Origin: a virus
Lineage: Duplodnaviria; Caudoviricetes
DNA length: 64,000 bases
IMG/VR virus record: IMGVR_UViG_2772190661_000001
Span: 1-64,000 of that record
Strand: one strand, 5' to 3'
Every line of letters starts with the position of its first letter. The first letter of the stretch is position 1. Under the pieces are notes generated by a model. It did no database searches, was not told the origin of the DNA, and saw nothing but the letters and a program-made list of their open reading frames with translations. The translations under genes and the position numbers were made by a program. Positions 9,302 through 18,622 of this stretch are shown here, piece after piece.

Positions 9302-9688
9302 GTGAGCGCCATCAACCCAGGAACCGACCCCATTCCGGACGCGACCGAGGACGCCGCCGCCCTCGTCCTCGCCGCGTTCGTCACCGCCATCCAGGAGCAC
9401 GGCGCCGTCCTGGCCGGCGAACCCATCCGCACCCCCGAACTCGACGTGCAGCTGCTCCGCGGTGACACGGAGCCGTCCGCGGACGGCCGGTTCGGATGGA
9501 CGCTGACCGGCGCGAACGGGGCCGAGGTACCGGTCCGGATCCCCGGCGCCCCGCTCGACATCGTCATCGGCAGAGCCGCGCTCGCCCGCGGCGACGGCTC
9601 CACCGCCCCGATGCTGTACGTGTGCGGGCATCCGAACTGGTGGCCGTACGCGGTCACGCGCGCCACCGGGGATCTGACCAGTTCCTGA
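9302..9688 (+). CDS. hypothetical protein
   Basis: 128 aa; TAGTCT -10 just upstream suggests leaderless start. Confidence 0.7.
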   Translation: MSAINPGTDPIPDATEDAAALVLAAFVTAIQEHGAVLAGEPIRTPELDVQLLRGDTEPSADGRFGWTLTGANGAEVPVRIPGAPLDIVIGRAALARGDGSTAPMLYVCGHPNWWPYAVTRATGDLTSS

Positions 9689-10201
9689 TCAAGGCTGGGA
9701 AGGGTCCTCGGAGATAGATTCCAAGTCTTCAGACCATTCGCCCATCGGAGGAAGGGCCGGCTCCTCGCCTTGATCGCTGCCAGGCTGCGGGTTGTCCGGG
9801 TGCCAGTCGTCCGTAATGTCTCCATAGTCGATGTCGATCTTGCTCGGAAAGTCGGAGTAATTTTCGTCGCACATCAGATCCTCCTCCTGCCGCCTTTGTT
9901 TCAGCCTGCCAAAGTCAACTCGCCAGCGGCAGGGCCTGCGAGAGTTGTTCGGTGGCCACGGCTGCGGTTTCGCCCACTGCATCGTCCAGCCTGACGGCAG
10001 GTCGGCGTCGGGTGCGACGAGCAGGGCCCGACGGCAGTCGGCCGGGATCCGCCGGGACGCCTCGGCGTGGGTTTCGTCGTCGAACCAGGGCAGGATCACG
10101 TCTCCGGCGTCGCCGTCGAAGCCGAGCAGGGCCAGGCGCTCGCGAACCTCGGGCTTGCGCAGGTCGCGGGCGAAATCGAACGCAATACCGCGGCCGGTCA
10201 C
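9689..10201 (-). CDS. hypothetical protein with acidic C-terminus
   Basis: GTGA-coupled; 3' half has lower GC. Confidence 0.55.
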   Translation of the reverse strand: MTGRGIAFDFARDLRKPEVRERLALLGFDGDAGDVILPWFDDETHAEASRRIPADCRRALLVAPDADLPSGWTMQWAKPQPWPPNNSRRPCRWRVDFGRLKQRRQEEDLMCDENYSDFPSKIDIDYGDITDDWHPDNPQPGSDQGEEPALPPMGEWSEDLESISEDPSQP

Positions 10202-10416
10202 CGTGCCTCCTCGGCGAGGAGCTTGGTGCACTCGGCGACGACGTCGTCCAGGCCGGCCGCTTTCGCCACGTCCCGGCACGCGCCGATGACGTGCTCGGCG
10301 ACGAAGCTACGGATACGCGGGTCCTCGATGGTCCGCCACGCCCCGGTGTAGGCGATACCGGAGAGTTCCTCGGCGGCGCGTTCGAGCCGCTCGGTGTCGG
10401 TGCGGGTGTCGGTCAT
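10198..10416 (-). CDS. hypothetical protein
   Basis: Coupled, GAGGAG RBS. Confidence 0.7.
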   Translation of the reverse strand: MTDTRTDTERLERAAEELSGIAYTGAWRTIEDPRIRSFVAEHVIGACRDVAKAAGLDDVVAECTKLLAEEAR

Positions 10417-10997
10417 CGGTTCTCCTCGGCGTTCAGGTCTTCCAGGTCGGCGTCGGTGACGTGCTCGTCGGCGTACACGCTCGCGCTGCACGACTTCGGG
10501 AACCGGCAGCAGCGCGGGTCGTAGTCGCCGGTCTCGGCCTCGGGCCACGCCTCGACGCACGCTTTCAGCCGGCGGCGCCGCGGCGGCAGGCTGGCCACGA
10601 TCCCCTGCCTCTGCCGGGCGATGTGCGCCCGGATCGCGCTGGCCCTCTCGTGCTGGCTCTCGGCCCACAGCGTGCCGTCGCGCTTCCAGAACTGGAGGGT
10701 GAAGCACTGCTCGTACGGGTGGTCGCAGTCGACCGGCATAAGCCGCGTGACGGTCAGCCCGGCGCTGTTCGCCTCGCGGGCGAGGGTGACGTGCAGGTGG
10801 TCCTCGGTTGGCGGCGGCCAGCCGGCCGGGATGCACGTCGGGCAGGTCCAGGCGTCGTCGACGAGCACCCAGCCGCATTCGCGGATGTGCGGCAGGTCGA
10901 CGGGCCGGATCGGGCCGGACGCGTTCAGGGCGATGGTCGTACCGCAGTTTCCGGCGCAGCGAAGCACGCCGGTGGCGGTGTCGACGTTGCTGGGCAT
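10413..10997 (-). CDS. Cys-rich hypothetical protein
   Basis: CAGNC, CPTC and CCRFPKSC motifs. Confidence 0.7.
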   Translation of the reverse strand: MPSNVDTATGVLRCAGNCGTTIALNASGPIRPVDLPHIRECGWVLVDDAWTCPTCIPAGWPPPTEDHLHVTLAREANSAGLTVTRLMPVDCDHPYEQCFTLQFWKRDGTLWAESQHERASAIRAHIARQRQGIVASLPPRRRRLKACVEAWPEAETGDYDPRCCRFPKSCSASVYADEHVTDADLEDLNAEENR

Positions 10998-11218
10998 CAG
11001 TTCTCCTCGGTGCTGGTCGTGCTGTTCAACGGGCTGCCCTGCGGGTTCTGGACCGGCCCGATTCGGGTGATGGCGAGCGACCAGCTCCGGCTGCCGACGA
11101 TTTGGGTGATCCGGAGGGGCTGCCAGGCGCCGTTCGGTGGCTCGCCGTGGAGGCGGAAGCTGCGCCACTGGAACGTCGGCCCGTACGTCCACCACAGCTT
11201 GCGCAGGCGGGCGGCCAT
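10997..11218 (-). CDS. hypothetical protein
   Basis: TGATG coupling on both sides. Confidence 0.6.
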   Translation of the reverse strand: MAARLRKLWWTYGPTFQWRSFRLHGEPPNGAWQPLRITQIVGSRSWSLAITRIGPVQNPQGSPLNSTTSTEEN

Positions 11219-11613
11219 CAGCCTCTCCCCCACGCGCATTCCAGGTCGTCGAATGGGGTCTCGGACTCGAACGTCTCGTTCCACCAGTGCTTGAGCGCGA
11301 ACGGGCGCACGGTCAGCCGCTCGCACAGCGCGATGGCGTGCGGGGTCCGGACCAGCTCGTACGGCCAGATGTGCTTGGCGAACGCGCTGTCCGGCCCGAA
11401 CTCGCGGATCATCCTGGCGAGGTCGTCGTGGTGGAGCTGGACGAACGCCCGCAGCGTGGTCGGGTAGCCGGCCAGCTCGTCCGGGTCGAGCGTGGCCGTG
11501 ACGACGTCGAGGAGCAGGCCGCCCCACTCCGGGTCGACGTCGGGCCGGCCGCCGCCGCACGTCTCGTACAGGTCGGCGAGAAGCGCGGTCAGGGCGTCGT
11601 GATCCACGGTCAT
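11218..11613 (-). CDS. hypothetical protein
   Basis: Coupled 131 aa ORF. Confidence 0.7.
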   Translation of the reverse strand: MTVDHDALTALLADLYETCGGGRPDVDPEWGGLLLDVVTATLDPDELAGYPTTLRAFVQLHHDDLARMIREFGPDSAFAKHIWPYELVRTPHAIALCERLTVRPFALKHWWNETFESETPFDDLECAWGRG

Positions 11614-11807
11614 GCCGGCACCCACTCGCTGTGCGCAGGGCAGCGGTCGAGCTTCGCGCCCTCGCTGCTCTCGGCCCGTGTCCAGCCAGCGGCCTTCGCC
11701 CCAGCGCGGGTATCGCGTAGGGAGTCAACCTGCTCGACGCTGGCCTGGTAGGCGGTGAAGCAGCCCGGGTGGTCGCAGGCCAGCTCGTAGTGCTTGAAGA
11801 CCGTCAT
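11610..11807 (-). CDS. small zinc-binding protein
   Basis: CDHPGC...AGW...CPAH. Confidence 0.7.
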   Translation of the reverse strand: MTVFKHYELACDHPGCFTAYQASVEQVDSLRDTRAGAKAAGWTRAESSEGAKLDRCPAHSEWVPA

Positions 11808-12214
11808 GCCGTCGTCCTTGCCGCTCGCCTCGCCCGCATCCGGGCCAGCCTGGTCTGGTCGTCCGGGGCGACCCAGCCCTTCCGGTCGGCGCCCTGGTGG
11901 CCGGCGAAGAAGTGCTGGGCGTGCTGACGCTCGACAACACCGCAGAGGGCGCACCCGTCGGGGCCACCGGTCTCGGTGGCAGCGGCGTAGAGCACCTCCA
12001 GCTCGGCCCAGAGCGCCTCGGCACCGTTCTGGTGGGCGCGGGCGCAGTCGAGCGCGTATCCGGCTGCGACGGTCCACGGGGGCAGGTCGCCGTCGGCGGA
12101 GAGCGTGGCGTCGGTAAGGCGCTGGCCGATGCGGGGAGGCGTGTAGGTGAGCGTCCCGGCGGGGCCGGTGAGCTCGTACCGGCCGTCCTCGACGGTGCGG
12201 GTCAGATCGGTCAT
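11804..12214 (-). CDS. hypothetical protein
   Basis: Coupled; C-terminal CxxC...H domain. Confidence 0.7.
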   Translation of the reverse strand: MTDLTRTVEDGRYELTGPAGTLTYTPPRIGQRLTDATLSADGDLPPWTVAAGYALDCARAHQNGAEALWAELEVLYAAATETGGPDGCALCGVVERQHAQHFFAGHQGADRKGWVAPDDQTRLARMRARRAARTTA

Positions 12215-12459
12215 GCCGGCTCGCAAATGAGGCAGTCGACCGCCGACCACGAGGGGTGAAGGTGACACACCTGCAAGATCTCGAAGTCCTCTGGCTTACG
12301 GGCGAGCTTGGCCGCTGCCGCTCCCCGGATCGCGGCGATGCCTTCCGGCGACGTCGAGTCGGCGGCGTCCGGCACGAGGTCGATGACGTAGCCGTCGAGG
12401 CAGACAGCGAGTGGCATGTGCGCGGACGCGTCCTGACGGCGAATGCTCGGGCTGGTCAT
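12211..12459 (-). CDS. hypothetical protein
   Basis: Coupled ORF. Confidence 0.65.
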   Translation of the reverse strand: MTSPSIRRQDASAHMPLAVCLDGYVIDLVPDAADSTSPEGIAAIRGAAAAKLARKPEDFEILQVCHLHPSWSAVDCLICEPA

Positions 12460-12734
12460 CGGGTCGTCTCCAGTCCGGTGATGGGCTCGACGGGCGCGGT
12501 CCAGTCGCCGGAGTAGTCCCCGGTCGGCGCGTCGTTGTCGATCGTGGGCGTCCACGGTCCGGTCCGGCCCCAGCCGAGCGCGATGAGGACACCATCGGCG
12601 GCGTTCTCGCAGTCCGTGCCGGGCGTGTTCCAGAGGACGTTCGTGCCCCGGCGGCCCGGCCGCCTGATGTCGTCGGTCACGTGGATGGCGGTCGACCAGG
12701 CGGAGACGCGCAGCAGCGCGGTCTGGGCGGTCAC
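12456..12734 (-). CDS. hypothetical protein
   Basis: Coupled ORF. Confidence 0.65.
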   Translation of the reverse strand: MTAQTALLRVSAWSTAIHVTDDIRRPGRRGTNVLWNTPGTDCENAADGVLIALGWGRTGPWTPTIDNDAPTGDYSGDWTAPVEPITGLETTR

Positions 12735-13186
12735 GCCGCGTCCCGCTTGTGGTGGAGGGCGAGGTCGTAGAGCCGCACGAGTTCGTCGTCGTCCAGCCTG
12801 TCGCGGTCGTCCTCCATCGACAGCGCGTGGTCGCAGGCGTCATCGGGGTCGAGCGCGGTCAGGCGCGGGTCGTCGATGAACTCGGCCGGGTAGTGCTCGG
12901 CGGCGTACGCCCGGCCCTCGTTCTCGCACTTCGCCAGGTGCATGAGGGCGGCACCCTTGTCGAGGTCGGATAGGTCGTTCCAGCGGGGCAGGCTACGGAT
13001 CATGTCGGCGTGCTCGGCGTTGACCGCGTCGAGGACTGCCTGCCGGACGGCCGGGTCGTTGAGGACGGCGGACAGGCCGGCGCGGGTCACCTCGGCGGTC
13101 CGGGTGGCGGGCGGGTGCGTTCCGGCGGTGGCGGCGCCGCTGGTGAACGCGGCGATCATCTCGTCGGTGATGTCGATCGTGGTCAT
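12731..13186 (-). CDS. hypothetical protein
   Basis: 151 aa, GAGGAG RBS. Confidence 0.75.
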   Translation of the reverse strand: MTTIDITDEMIAAFTSGAATAGTHPPATRTAEVTRAGLSAVLNDPAVRQAVLDAVNAEHADMIRSLPRWNDLSDLDKGAALMHLAKCENEGRAYAAEHYPAEFIDDPRLTALDPDDACDHALSMEDDRDRLDDDELVRLYDLALHHKRDAA

Positions 13187-13195
13187 GTGGTCTCC

Positions 13196-13726
13196 TCAGT
13201 TCGTGGCGAGCAGGTGGCGGAGGCAGCGCTCGGCCGCCCGTGCGTCGTAGAGCGGGTGGTGCGGGGACCCGTCTGGGAGCGGCAGGCCGTGCCGGGTCAG
13301 ATAGTCGTCGACGGACAGCGGCGGCTCGCCCTTCGCGAGCAGCACGGACGACACGTCGTAGAGCGGGTACGGGCCTTCCCAGACCCGTTCGTGCGAGTAC
13401 ACGTCCAGGAGCAGGCGGGCCTCGACCGGCCAGGCCACGTGCGCGGCGAGCGGGATCTCCCGGCCGCCCCACTTTTCGATCTGCATGCCGATCTGGGCGA
13501 GCATCTGCGGGTAGCCGCCGGGGCAGTTGACCGGGATGTCCGTGATGACGGGCAGGACGTTGTCGGCGACCCAGGCGTTCGTGACGGCCTCGCCGATTCC
13601 GCAGCGGCGGACGAAGGTGTCCAGCTCGCCGGACGGGTCGGAGAGAGTCATGGCGACGGCGAACGCGCGGCCGGCGAGGCCGTTCGTTTCGGCGTCGATG
13701 CTGATCAGGCGGTCGAGCGCGGTCAC
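13196..13726 (-). CDS. DEDDh 3'-5' exonuclease (DnaQ/RNase T-like)
   Basis: ExoI SIDAETNG; ExoIII HHPLYDA. Confidence 0.85.
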   Translation of the reverse strand: MTALDRLISIDAETNGLAGRAFAVAMTLSDPSGELDTFVRRCGIGEAVTNAWVADNVLPVITDIPVNCPGGYPQMLAQIGMQIEKWGGREIPLAAHVAWPVEARLLLDVYSHERVWEGPYPLYDVSSVLLAKGEPPLSVDDYLTRHGLPLPDGSPHHPLYDARAAERCLRHLLATN

Positions 13727-13968
13727 TGGTTCTCCTCGGTGCCGGTGTTCGGGGTCTCGGCCAGCCACTCGACGCGCAGCCGGTCGGCGATCGCGTCGTT
13801 CTCCTGGGCCTGGCCGTCGAGCCAGCGCAGGTGGCAGCGGAGCGTGCACGTCACGGTCAGGGCGCATCCGGAGCGCGGGTCACCGCCGATGACGGGGTCG
13901 TTCGTGCAGTCCTCGTCCGGGTGGAACGGCTCGGCAGCCGGGTGGCTGGCGGCGGGCTGGTGGAGCAT
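13723..13968 (-). CDS. hypothetical protein
   Basis: 81 aa, GAAGGAG RBS. Confidence 0.6.
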   Translation of the reverse strand: MLHQPAASHPAAEPFHPDEDCTNDPVIGGDPRSGCALTVTCTLRCHLRWLDGQAQENDAIADRLRVEWLAETPNTGTEENQ

Positions 13969-13984
13969 TCGGCGTCTCCTTCGG

Positions 13985-14242
13985 TCAGTAGGTCAGGGCT
14001 CGGTACTCGGCCCACCGCTCGCGCTCGTACTTGGCCTCTTCGTTGGCGCAGTCGGTCTCGAACTGGGCGCGGATGCAGCCGTCGGCGGTGCATGGCCACG
14101 GGTCGACGATTCGGCTCTTCGGGGTGTGTTCGTTCAGCCACGGGGCGTTCGGGTCGGGCTCGACGATCCGGTGCCCGTGGGTGCACCAGGTGCCCCAGCG
14201 GTCGGCGGGGACGTCGTTGATCAGGGCGGGCAGCGCGGTCAT
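13985..14242 (-). CDS. hypothetical protein
   Basis: GAGGAG RBS; Cys/His residues. Confidence 0.7.
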   Translation of the reverse strand: MTALPALINDVPADRWGTWCTHGHRIVEPDPNAPWLNEHTPKSRIVDPWPCTADGCIRAQFETDCANEEAKYERERWAEYRALTY

Positions 14243-14271
14243 GTGGGTCTCCTCGGGTGCGGTCGGGATGG

Positions 14272-14670
14272 TCAGAGCTGGCCGAGCCGGTTCATGCGCC
14301 GGAACTTCGGCAGGTCGGCGCACGCGCCGCACAGGTGCCAGTTCTCGCGTCGGCCGACGGAAAGCTGCGCGGGCGCGAGGCAGTCCTGGGCCTGGTCGCC
14401 GGTGGCGCGCATCTGGGTGCCGGGCGACCACTCGCACAGCTCGGTGCCGGTGGGCTGGACGACGTCGACTTGGGTCCAGCCGCGGCCGATGACCGCGTAG
14501 ATCTGGACGGTCGTCCGGCGGCGGTTCGCGGCCTGCCAGGCGGTCGCGTACGCGGCGGTCTTCGAGGTGGCGCGGACGACGTTGAGGCCGCCGGCGAACG
14601 TGCCCCAGGTCGTGTTGTCGGGGGCGGCGACGGACTCGGCGATGTCCTTGGCGAAGCTGATGCCGATCAT
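14272..14670 (-). CDS. hypothetical protein with C-terminal zinc finger
   Basis: C...C...HLCGAC. Confidence 0.7.
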   Translation of the reverse strand: MIGISFAKDIAESVAAPDNTTWGTFAGGLNVVRATSKTAAYATAWQAANRRRTTVQIYAVIGRGWTQVDVVQPTGTELCEWSPGTQMRATGDQAQDCLAPAQLSVGRRENWHLCGACADLPKFRRMNRLGQL

Positions 14671-14755
14671 CTGGGTCTCCTCGGGTTGTGGTTGAAGGTC
14701 AAGAGCGCACCGACGGAAGGTGGGCTCGGATTTCTCATCTACGACTTGCGGTAGT

Positions 14756-14990
14756 AGTTCGCCACTTTTAGTTCGCCACCTCGCCGGGCCGGTCTGTAGT
14801 TCGCCAGTTCGCCACCTCCTTTAGGGGTGGCGAACTGGCGAACAGCGGTGACCTGCGGAAATGAAGATCAAATGCCGGATTAGGGGTGGCGAACTGACAA
14901 ACTGGCCCTGACCTGCAAAAACGCAAGATCACTGTCCGGCTCGCCAGTTCGCCACTTCAAGGTGGCGAACTGCGGCGAACTGGCGAACTA
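14756..14990. repeat. iteron array, putative replication origin 1
   Basis: About 11 copies of (A)GTTCGCC(AC) in both orientations; two ~59-bp units starting TTAGGGGTGGCGAACTG; immediately downstream of the helicase gene. Confidence 0.8.
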
Positions 14991-14994
14991 GCGC

Positions 14995-16344
14995 TCACGC
15001 CGCCTCCTGTTCGATTCGGCAGGCCCGGCACAGCACGTGCCCGGCCGCCACGTCCGCCGGTGTGATGTGGGCGCGATCCTGCTGGCACCACGTCCGCTCA
15101 TCCGGCGTGGACATGTCCACATCGTCCGGGTCCGCGCCCGACAGGAGCGCCAGCGTGGCCCGGCCCGTTCCGGTGATGTCGTGCAGGCGCGAGTTCGACC
15201 GGCCCGGCACGACCAGCACGTAGCCGCGCGACACCGCGTCCGCGAGCGCCTTCCGCACGTCGTTGCGGCCGACGCCCTGGACCTTCAGCTTCTTCTCGAT
15301 CGCGTCCGCCGACTGACCCTGGTTGTCGCGCACGTAGACCAGCAGCTTCGCCAGCGCCTCGGACTGCTCGGTCGCCTTCCGCCCGCCCTCGACAAACGTC
15401 AGGTGCCGAGTCCGGGAGTCGTGCAGCAGTCGGCCCTCGCGCACGTCCACATCACGGCCGTACGCGGAGAAGAACCGCGGCGAGTCCGGCGCCGGCTCGG
15501 CATTCGGGTCCTTCTCGTCGCGCTGGCGCAGAATCCGCCAGTTCACGTCCGGCCAGCCGATCAGCCGCGACGCGCCACGCGACCGCTCGGCCCCGTGACC
15601 CATGTGGTGGATCAGCAGCACCTCGTCCACGTCCGCCTCGGCGGCGGCCGAGGTGAGCCCGTCGAGGAGCTGCCCGACCTCGGTGTTGTCGTTCTCGGAG
15701 ATGCCGAGCGCGGACAGGACCGGCGACAGGCAGTCGATGATCCAGACCTTGACGTTGGCGGCCTTCAAGCGCTCGACCCACTTCGCGCGGATCTCGACGT
15801 CCCGCAGGTCGAACCGGGCAGCCTTGCCTCGCTCGGTCCACACAGCCACGCAGTGCTTGTTGATGATGCCCTGGTCGGCCAGCCACCTCTTGACCCCGCG
15901 GCGTGGCATCTCGAAGTCGAGGACCGCGACGGTTTCTTCGTCGCGGACTGGCTCGACCGGGTAGATGCCGAGAAAGGGGGCGCCGTCGACCAGGACCCGG
16001 ACCGTGTTCCCGGTCGTGGTGGTCTTGCCCGCCTTCGCGCCGGCGGCGAGGAGCACATGCCCGCCGCGCGGCCAGACACCCTGGATCCGCCACGCCTCGG
16101 TCTCATCCTCCTCGTCGAGGAGCGTGGTAAGCAGGGTCGGCTCGGGGACCTCGACGGTCTTGCCGTCCTCGGAGTCGAGGAGGCGGCGGGCGTCGCGGCG
16201 GGCACGCTGCCGCATGACCTCGTCGTCGAGGTACGCCCGGTAGCGCTCGGCCTTGAGGGTTTCCCGCATGTCGTCGGACTCGTCGTCGGCGAGGGTCGCC
16301 GCCCAGGACGCTTCGAGGTCGTCGACATCCGGTGGGTTCGTCAC
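14995..16344 (-). CDS. AAA_25/RepA-like replicative helicase with C-terminal wHTH
   Basis: Walker A AGAKAGKTT, Walker B WIIDCLS, LLIHH..GAERSRGAS motif; GTGA-coupled start. Confidence 0.85.
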   Translation of the reverse strand: MTNPPDVDDLEASWAATLADDESDDMRETLKAERYRAYLDDEVMRQRARRDARRLLDSEDGKTVEVPEPTLLTTLLDEEDETEAWRIQGVWPRGGHVLLAAGAKAGKTTTTGNTVRVLVDGAPFLGIYPVEPVRDEETVAVLDFEMPRRGVKRWLADQGIINKHCVAVWTERGKAARFDLRDVEIRAKWVERLKAANVKVWIIDCLSPVLSALGISENDNTEVGQLLDGLTSAAAEADVDEVLLIHHMGHGAERSRGASRLIGWPDVNWRILRQRDEKDPNAEPAPDSPRFFSAYGRDVDVREGRLLHDSRTRHLTFVEGGRKATEQSEALAKLLVYVRDNQGQSADAIEKKLKVQGVGRNDVRKALADAVSRGYVLVVPGRSNSRLHDITGTGRATLALLSGADPDDVDMSTPDERTWCQQDRAHITPADVAAGHVLCRACRIEQEAA

Positions 16345-16853
16345 GCCGCAGTCCGTCGCTCGGAGGCTCGCTGGGTGCGGCGCAGCCAGGCGCACGCCGA
16401 TCCGACCGGCATGCCGGTCTCCCAGTCGACGGGGCCGCCGCGGTAGCGATAGCCGGCGGGGAGGCCGAGCCGTGCGTTGAGGCGTTCCCGGGCCGCCTCA
16501 GACTCGGCCGCGCGCAGGGCGACCTGCTCGGCGTGAAGCGCTCGGACGGTGTCGGCGCTGAGGTCGGCGCAGCGCACCTCAGCGCAGCCGATCAGGTGGG
16601 TGGCGGTCCGCCCGGACTCGTAGGCGAGGTGCATGAGGTAGGCGACCTGCTCGCGGGTGAACGTGTCCTGCGTGGCGAGCGCGTCGACGGCCTGGAGAGT
16701 GACACCCGCAGTGAGGACCGTCTGCGCGGATGGCGCGTTTGGGCTGTCGCGTTCCTTGACGTTCTGGCAAGCTGTCGGCATGTGATGGCCTTCCAAGGTC
16801 ATGGACAGCGCCGGGGTCTCGACACCCTGGCGCTGTTTCTTTTCCGGGGTCAT
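16341..16853 (-). CDS. hypothetical protein
   Basis: Coupled between Xis and helicase; start uncertain. Confidence 0.65.
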   Translation of the reverse strand: MTPEKKQRQGVETPALSMTLEGHHMPTACQNVKERDSPNAPSAQTVLTAGVTLQAVDALATQDTFTREQVAYLMHLAYESGRTATHLIGCAEVRCADLSADTVRALHAEQVALRAAESEAARERLNARLGLPAGYRYRGGPVDWETGMPVGSACAWLRRTQRASERRTAA

Positions 16854-17035
16854 GCGGCTGCTGTGCCTTGCCGCTCCCGGTCGACGTACGCGCGCAGGTC
16901 GGTGCCCTCGAACCGGAGACGGCCGCCCAGCTTGAACGGGGTCAGCTGGCCCGTTTTGATCAGCTCGAACAGTCGGGTCTTGCCGATCCGTAGGTACGTC
17001 TGCGCTTCGCGCGAGGTGTAGTACGACGAGGTCAA
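16850..17035 (-). CDS. excisionase/HTH_17 DNA-binding protein
   Basis: YYTSREAQTYLRIGKTRLFELIKTGQL.PFKLGGRLRF; TTG start with GGAGG RBS. Confidence 0.85.
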   Translation of the reverse strand: MTSSYYTSREAQTYLRIGKTRLFELIKTGQLTPFKLGGRLRFEGTDLRAYVDRERQGTAAA

Positions 17036-17045
17036 TGCCAACCTC

Positions 17046-17123
17046 CAAGAGTTGGGCGTATTTCTTGCCGACCCCATCTGATCACGGTCCGGAACAGTTC
17101 GCAAGAGTTCGGCCCGGTTCTTG
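17046..17123. promoter_or_regulatory. two CAAGA-N12-TCTTG operators in divergent region
   Basis: 17046-17067 and 17102-17123. Confidence 0.65.
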
Positions 17124-17174
17124 CCGGGGATCGTCCCCGATGATCACCCGAACGTGAGCTGATACCGTCCACCC

Positions 17175-17819
17175 GTGCCCGACCAGCCCGTCTTCATCGA
17201 CGCCAACGTCCTCGCCCAGCTACTTCGTGAGCAGGCGGACGGCGAGTGGATGCGATGGGAAGGCGGCCCCGCCGGCATCCCCGACGCCACCCTCTGGGCG
17301 CATTTCAAGCCGGACGCGGACGGTCGAAAGGTCATGGTCGGGATGGTGCTGCTCACCGACGGCATCACCTCAGCGGACCTACGACGCATCCCGGTCGGCG
17401 AGCTCGAAAAGGCGTACGCAAACAGGACTGCCGAGCCGGACGACGACCCCGCCACGCTGCCGCCGCTACGCCGCGGCGATTCGTCGTACGACGAGTTCCT
17501 GCGCCTGCTCGCTCGGCATTACCTCGCGCACGCACAGCGCACAACCCGGCCAGCGGCGGCAATCGTAAAGGAGAGCGGGGAGAAGTCGGCGACGGTCCAC
17601 GGCTGGATCCACGACGCACGGCAACGCGGAATCCTTCCGGAGGCACAACGAGGGAAGCGCATCCGGGAGATAGACGTTGCGGAGAGCGTCCGGGAAAAAG
17701 ACTGGGCAGACTCTCTTCGGCGGGCGGGGTTCGACCTGGGTCCGCAAATCGAGTGGTCGCCGGAAACACGGCGCCGGTTCGCGGAGCACGAGGCTCGCCG
17801 CAAGGCCGACGAGGCGTAG
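17175..17819 (+). CDS. DUF6214-like HTH regulator
   Basis: GITSADLRRIPV...YLAH...PAAAI...SATVHGWIHDARQRGIL. Confidence 0.7.
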   Translation: MPDQPVFIDANVLAQLLREQADGEWMRWEGGPAGIPDATLWAHFKPDADGRKVMVGMVLLTDGITSADLRRIPVGELEKAYANRTAEPDDDPATLPPLRRGDSSYDEFLRLLARHYLAHAQRTTRPAAAIVKESGEKSATVHGWIHDARQRGILPEAQRGKRIREIDVAESVREKDWADSLRRAGFDLGPQIEWSPETRRRFAEHEARRKADEA

Positions 17820-17830
17820 CCGGACACGAC

Positions 17831-17868
17831 GAAGGCCCGCCGCTCCCATCAGAAGCGCGCGGGCCTTC
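17831..17868. terminator. terminator-like hairpin
   Basis: GAAGGCCCGC / GCGGGCCTTC between convergent genes. Confidence 0.65.
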
Positions 17869-17878
17869 AGCGTTTCGG

Positions 17879-18214
17879 TCAGGCGTTCCAGTTGAGGTGC
17901 GACGCGCCGGCCTTCCGGAGGCGCCGGGCGGCCAGCGTCAACCGACCGGCATGGACCCGCCACTCGCCGCGCCACGACCACAGAACGGGCTTCTTCTGCT
18001 CCCTCGCGCCCGTGCAGGCCGCCCCCGGCGCCGCACCGCACTTCGGGCATTCCAGTGCTTCGACCAGGGCGATCGTCGCCAGGCTGTACCTGAGTTCGAT
18101 CTCTTTGATCTCGGGTGTGACGCCGCCGGTACCGGCTTCCTGGTTCGCTCGCTGCGCGGCCACGAACTCCGGCAACGCGGCGTCGAACGCTTTCGTGGGG
18201 GACGCTTCTGTCAT
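17879..18214 (-). CDS. phage zinc-finger protein
   Basis: CPKCGAAPGAAC...VHAGR. Confidence 0.7.
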   Translation of the reverse strand: MTEASPTKAFDAALPEFVAAQRANQEAGTGGVTPEIKEIELRYSLATIALVEALECPKCGAAPGAACTGAREQKKPVLWSWRGEWRVHAGRLTLAARRLRKAGASHLNWNA

Positions 18215-18333
18215 GGCTCGGCATCGTAGCCGCGTGTCCAGGATGGTGTCCGATCCACGAGCGGGCGGGGTCCAGACGATCCACTGCCGCCGGCGGGCGG
18301 GACAACTGGCGTCCGATTGCTACGGTCGCCCAC

Positions 18334-18618
18334 ATGCGTCAGTGGATCGTCATCGGCCTATCCGTTGTGGGTGGCGGGCTCGAACTCGCCGCCGTCATTC
18401 TCGCCTGGACCGGCGCACGCCGCGAATATCTGAAGGCCCAGAACGGCCCCGGCGAGCAGGAGCGGTTCACCTACGCGGACCTGAAACGCACGCCGCGCAT
18501 CATCCGCATCCACATCGCCGCCTCCACCTGGCGCGGAGCAACGACAGCTCTGATCCTGCTCGGCGCCGGCGTCATTCTCAGCACCGCGGCGAACGTAGTC
18601 GGCGCGATCGGCAGCTGA
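18334..18618 (+). CDS. two-TM membrane protein
   Basis: Two hydrophobic helices; probably leaderless. Confidence 0.7.
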   Translation: MRQWIVIGLSVVGGGLELAAVILAWTGARREYLKAQNGPGEQERFTYADLKRTPRIIRIHIAASTWRGATTALILLGAGVILSTAANVVGAIGS

Positions 18619-18622
18619 CCGC

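Noticed and set aside
10413-14690. Recurrent CCGAGGAGA(A/C)C words as a regulatory repeat
   Set aside because: They sit at Shine-Dalgarno distance from start codons and are explained as strong RBSs.
14756-14990. CRISPR array
   Set aside because: Repeats are about 9 bp, in both orientations, with no unique regular spacers and no cas genes; this fits iterons.
16850-17035. Integration module or att site
   Set aside because: A Xis-like gene is present but no tyrosine or serine integrase, tRNA target or direct repeat is visible in the window.
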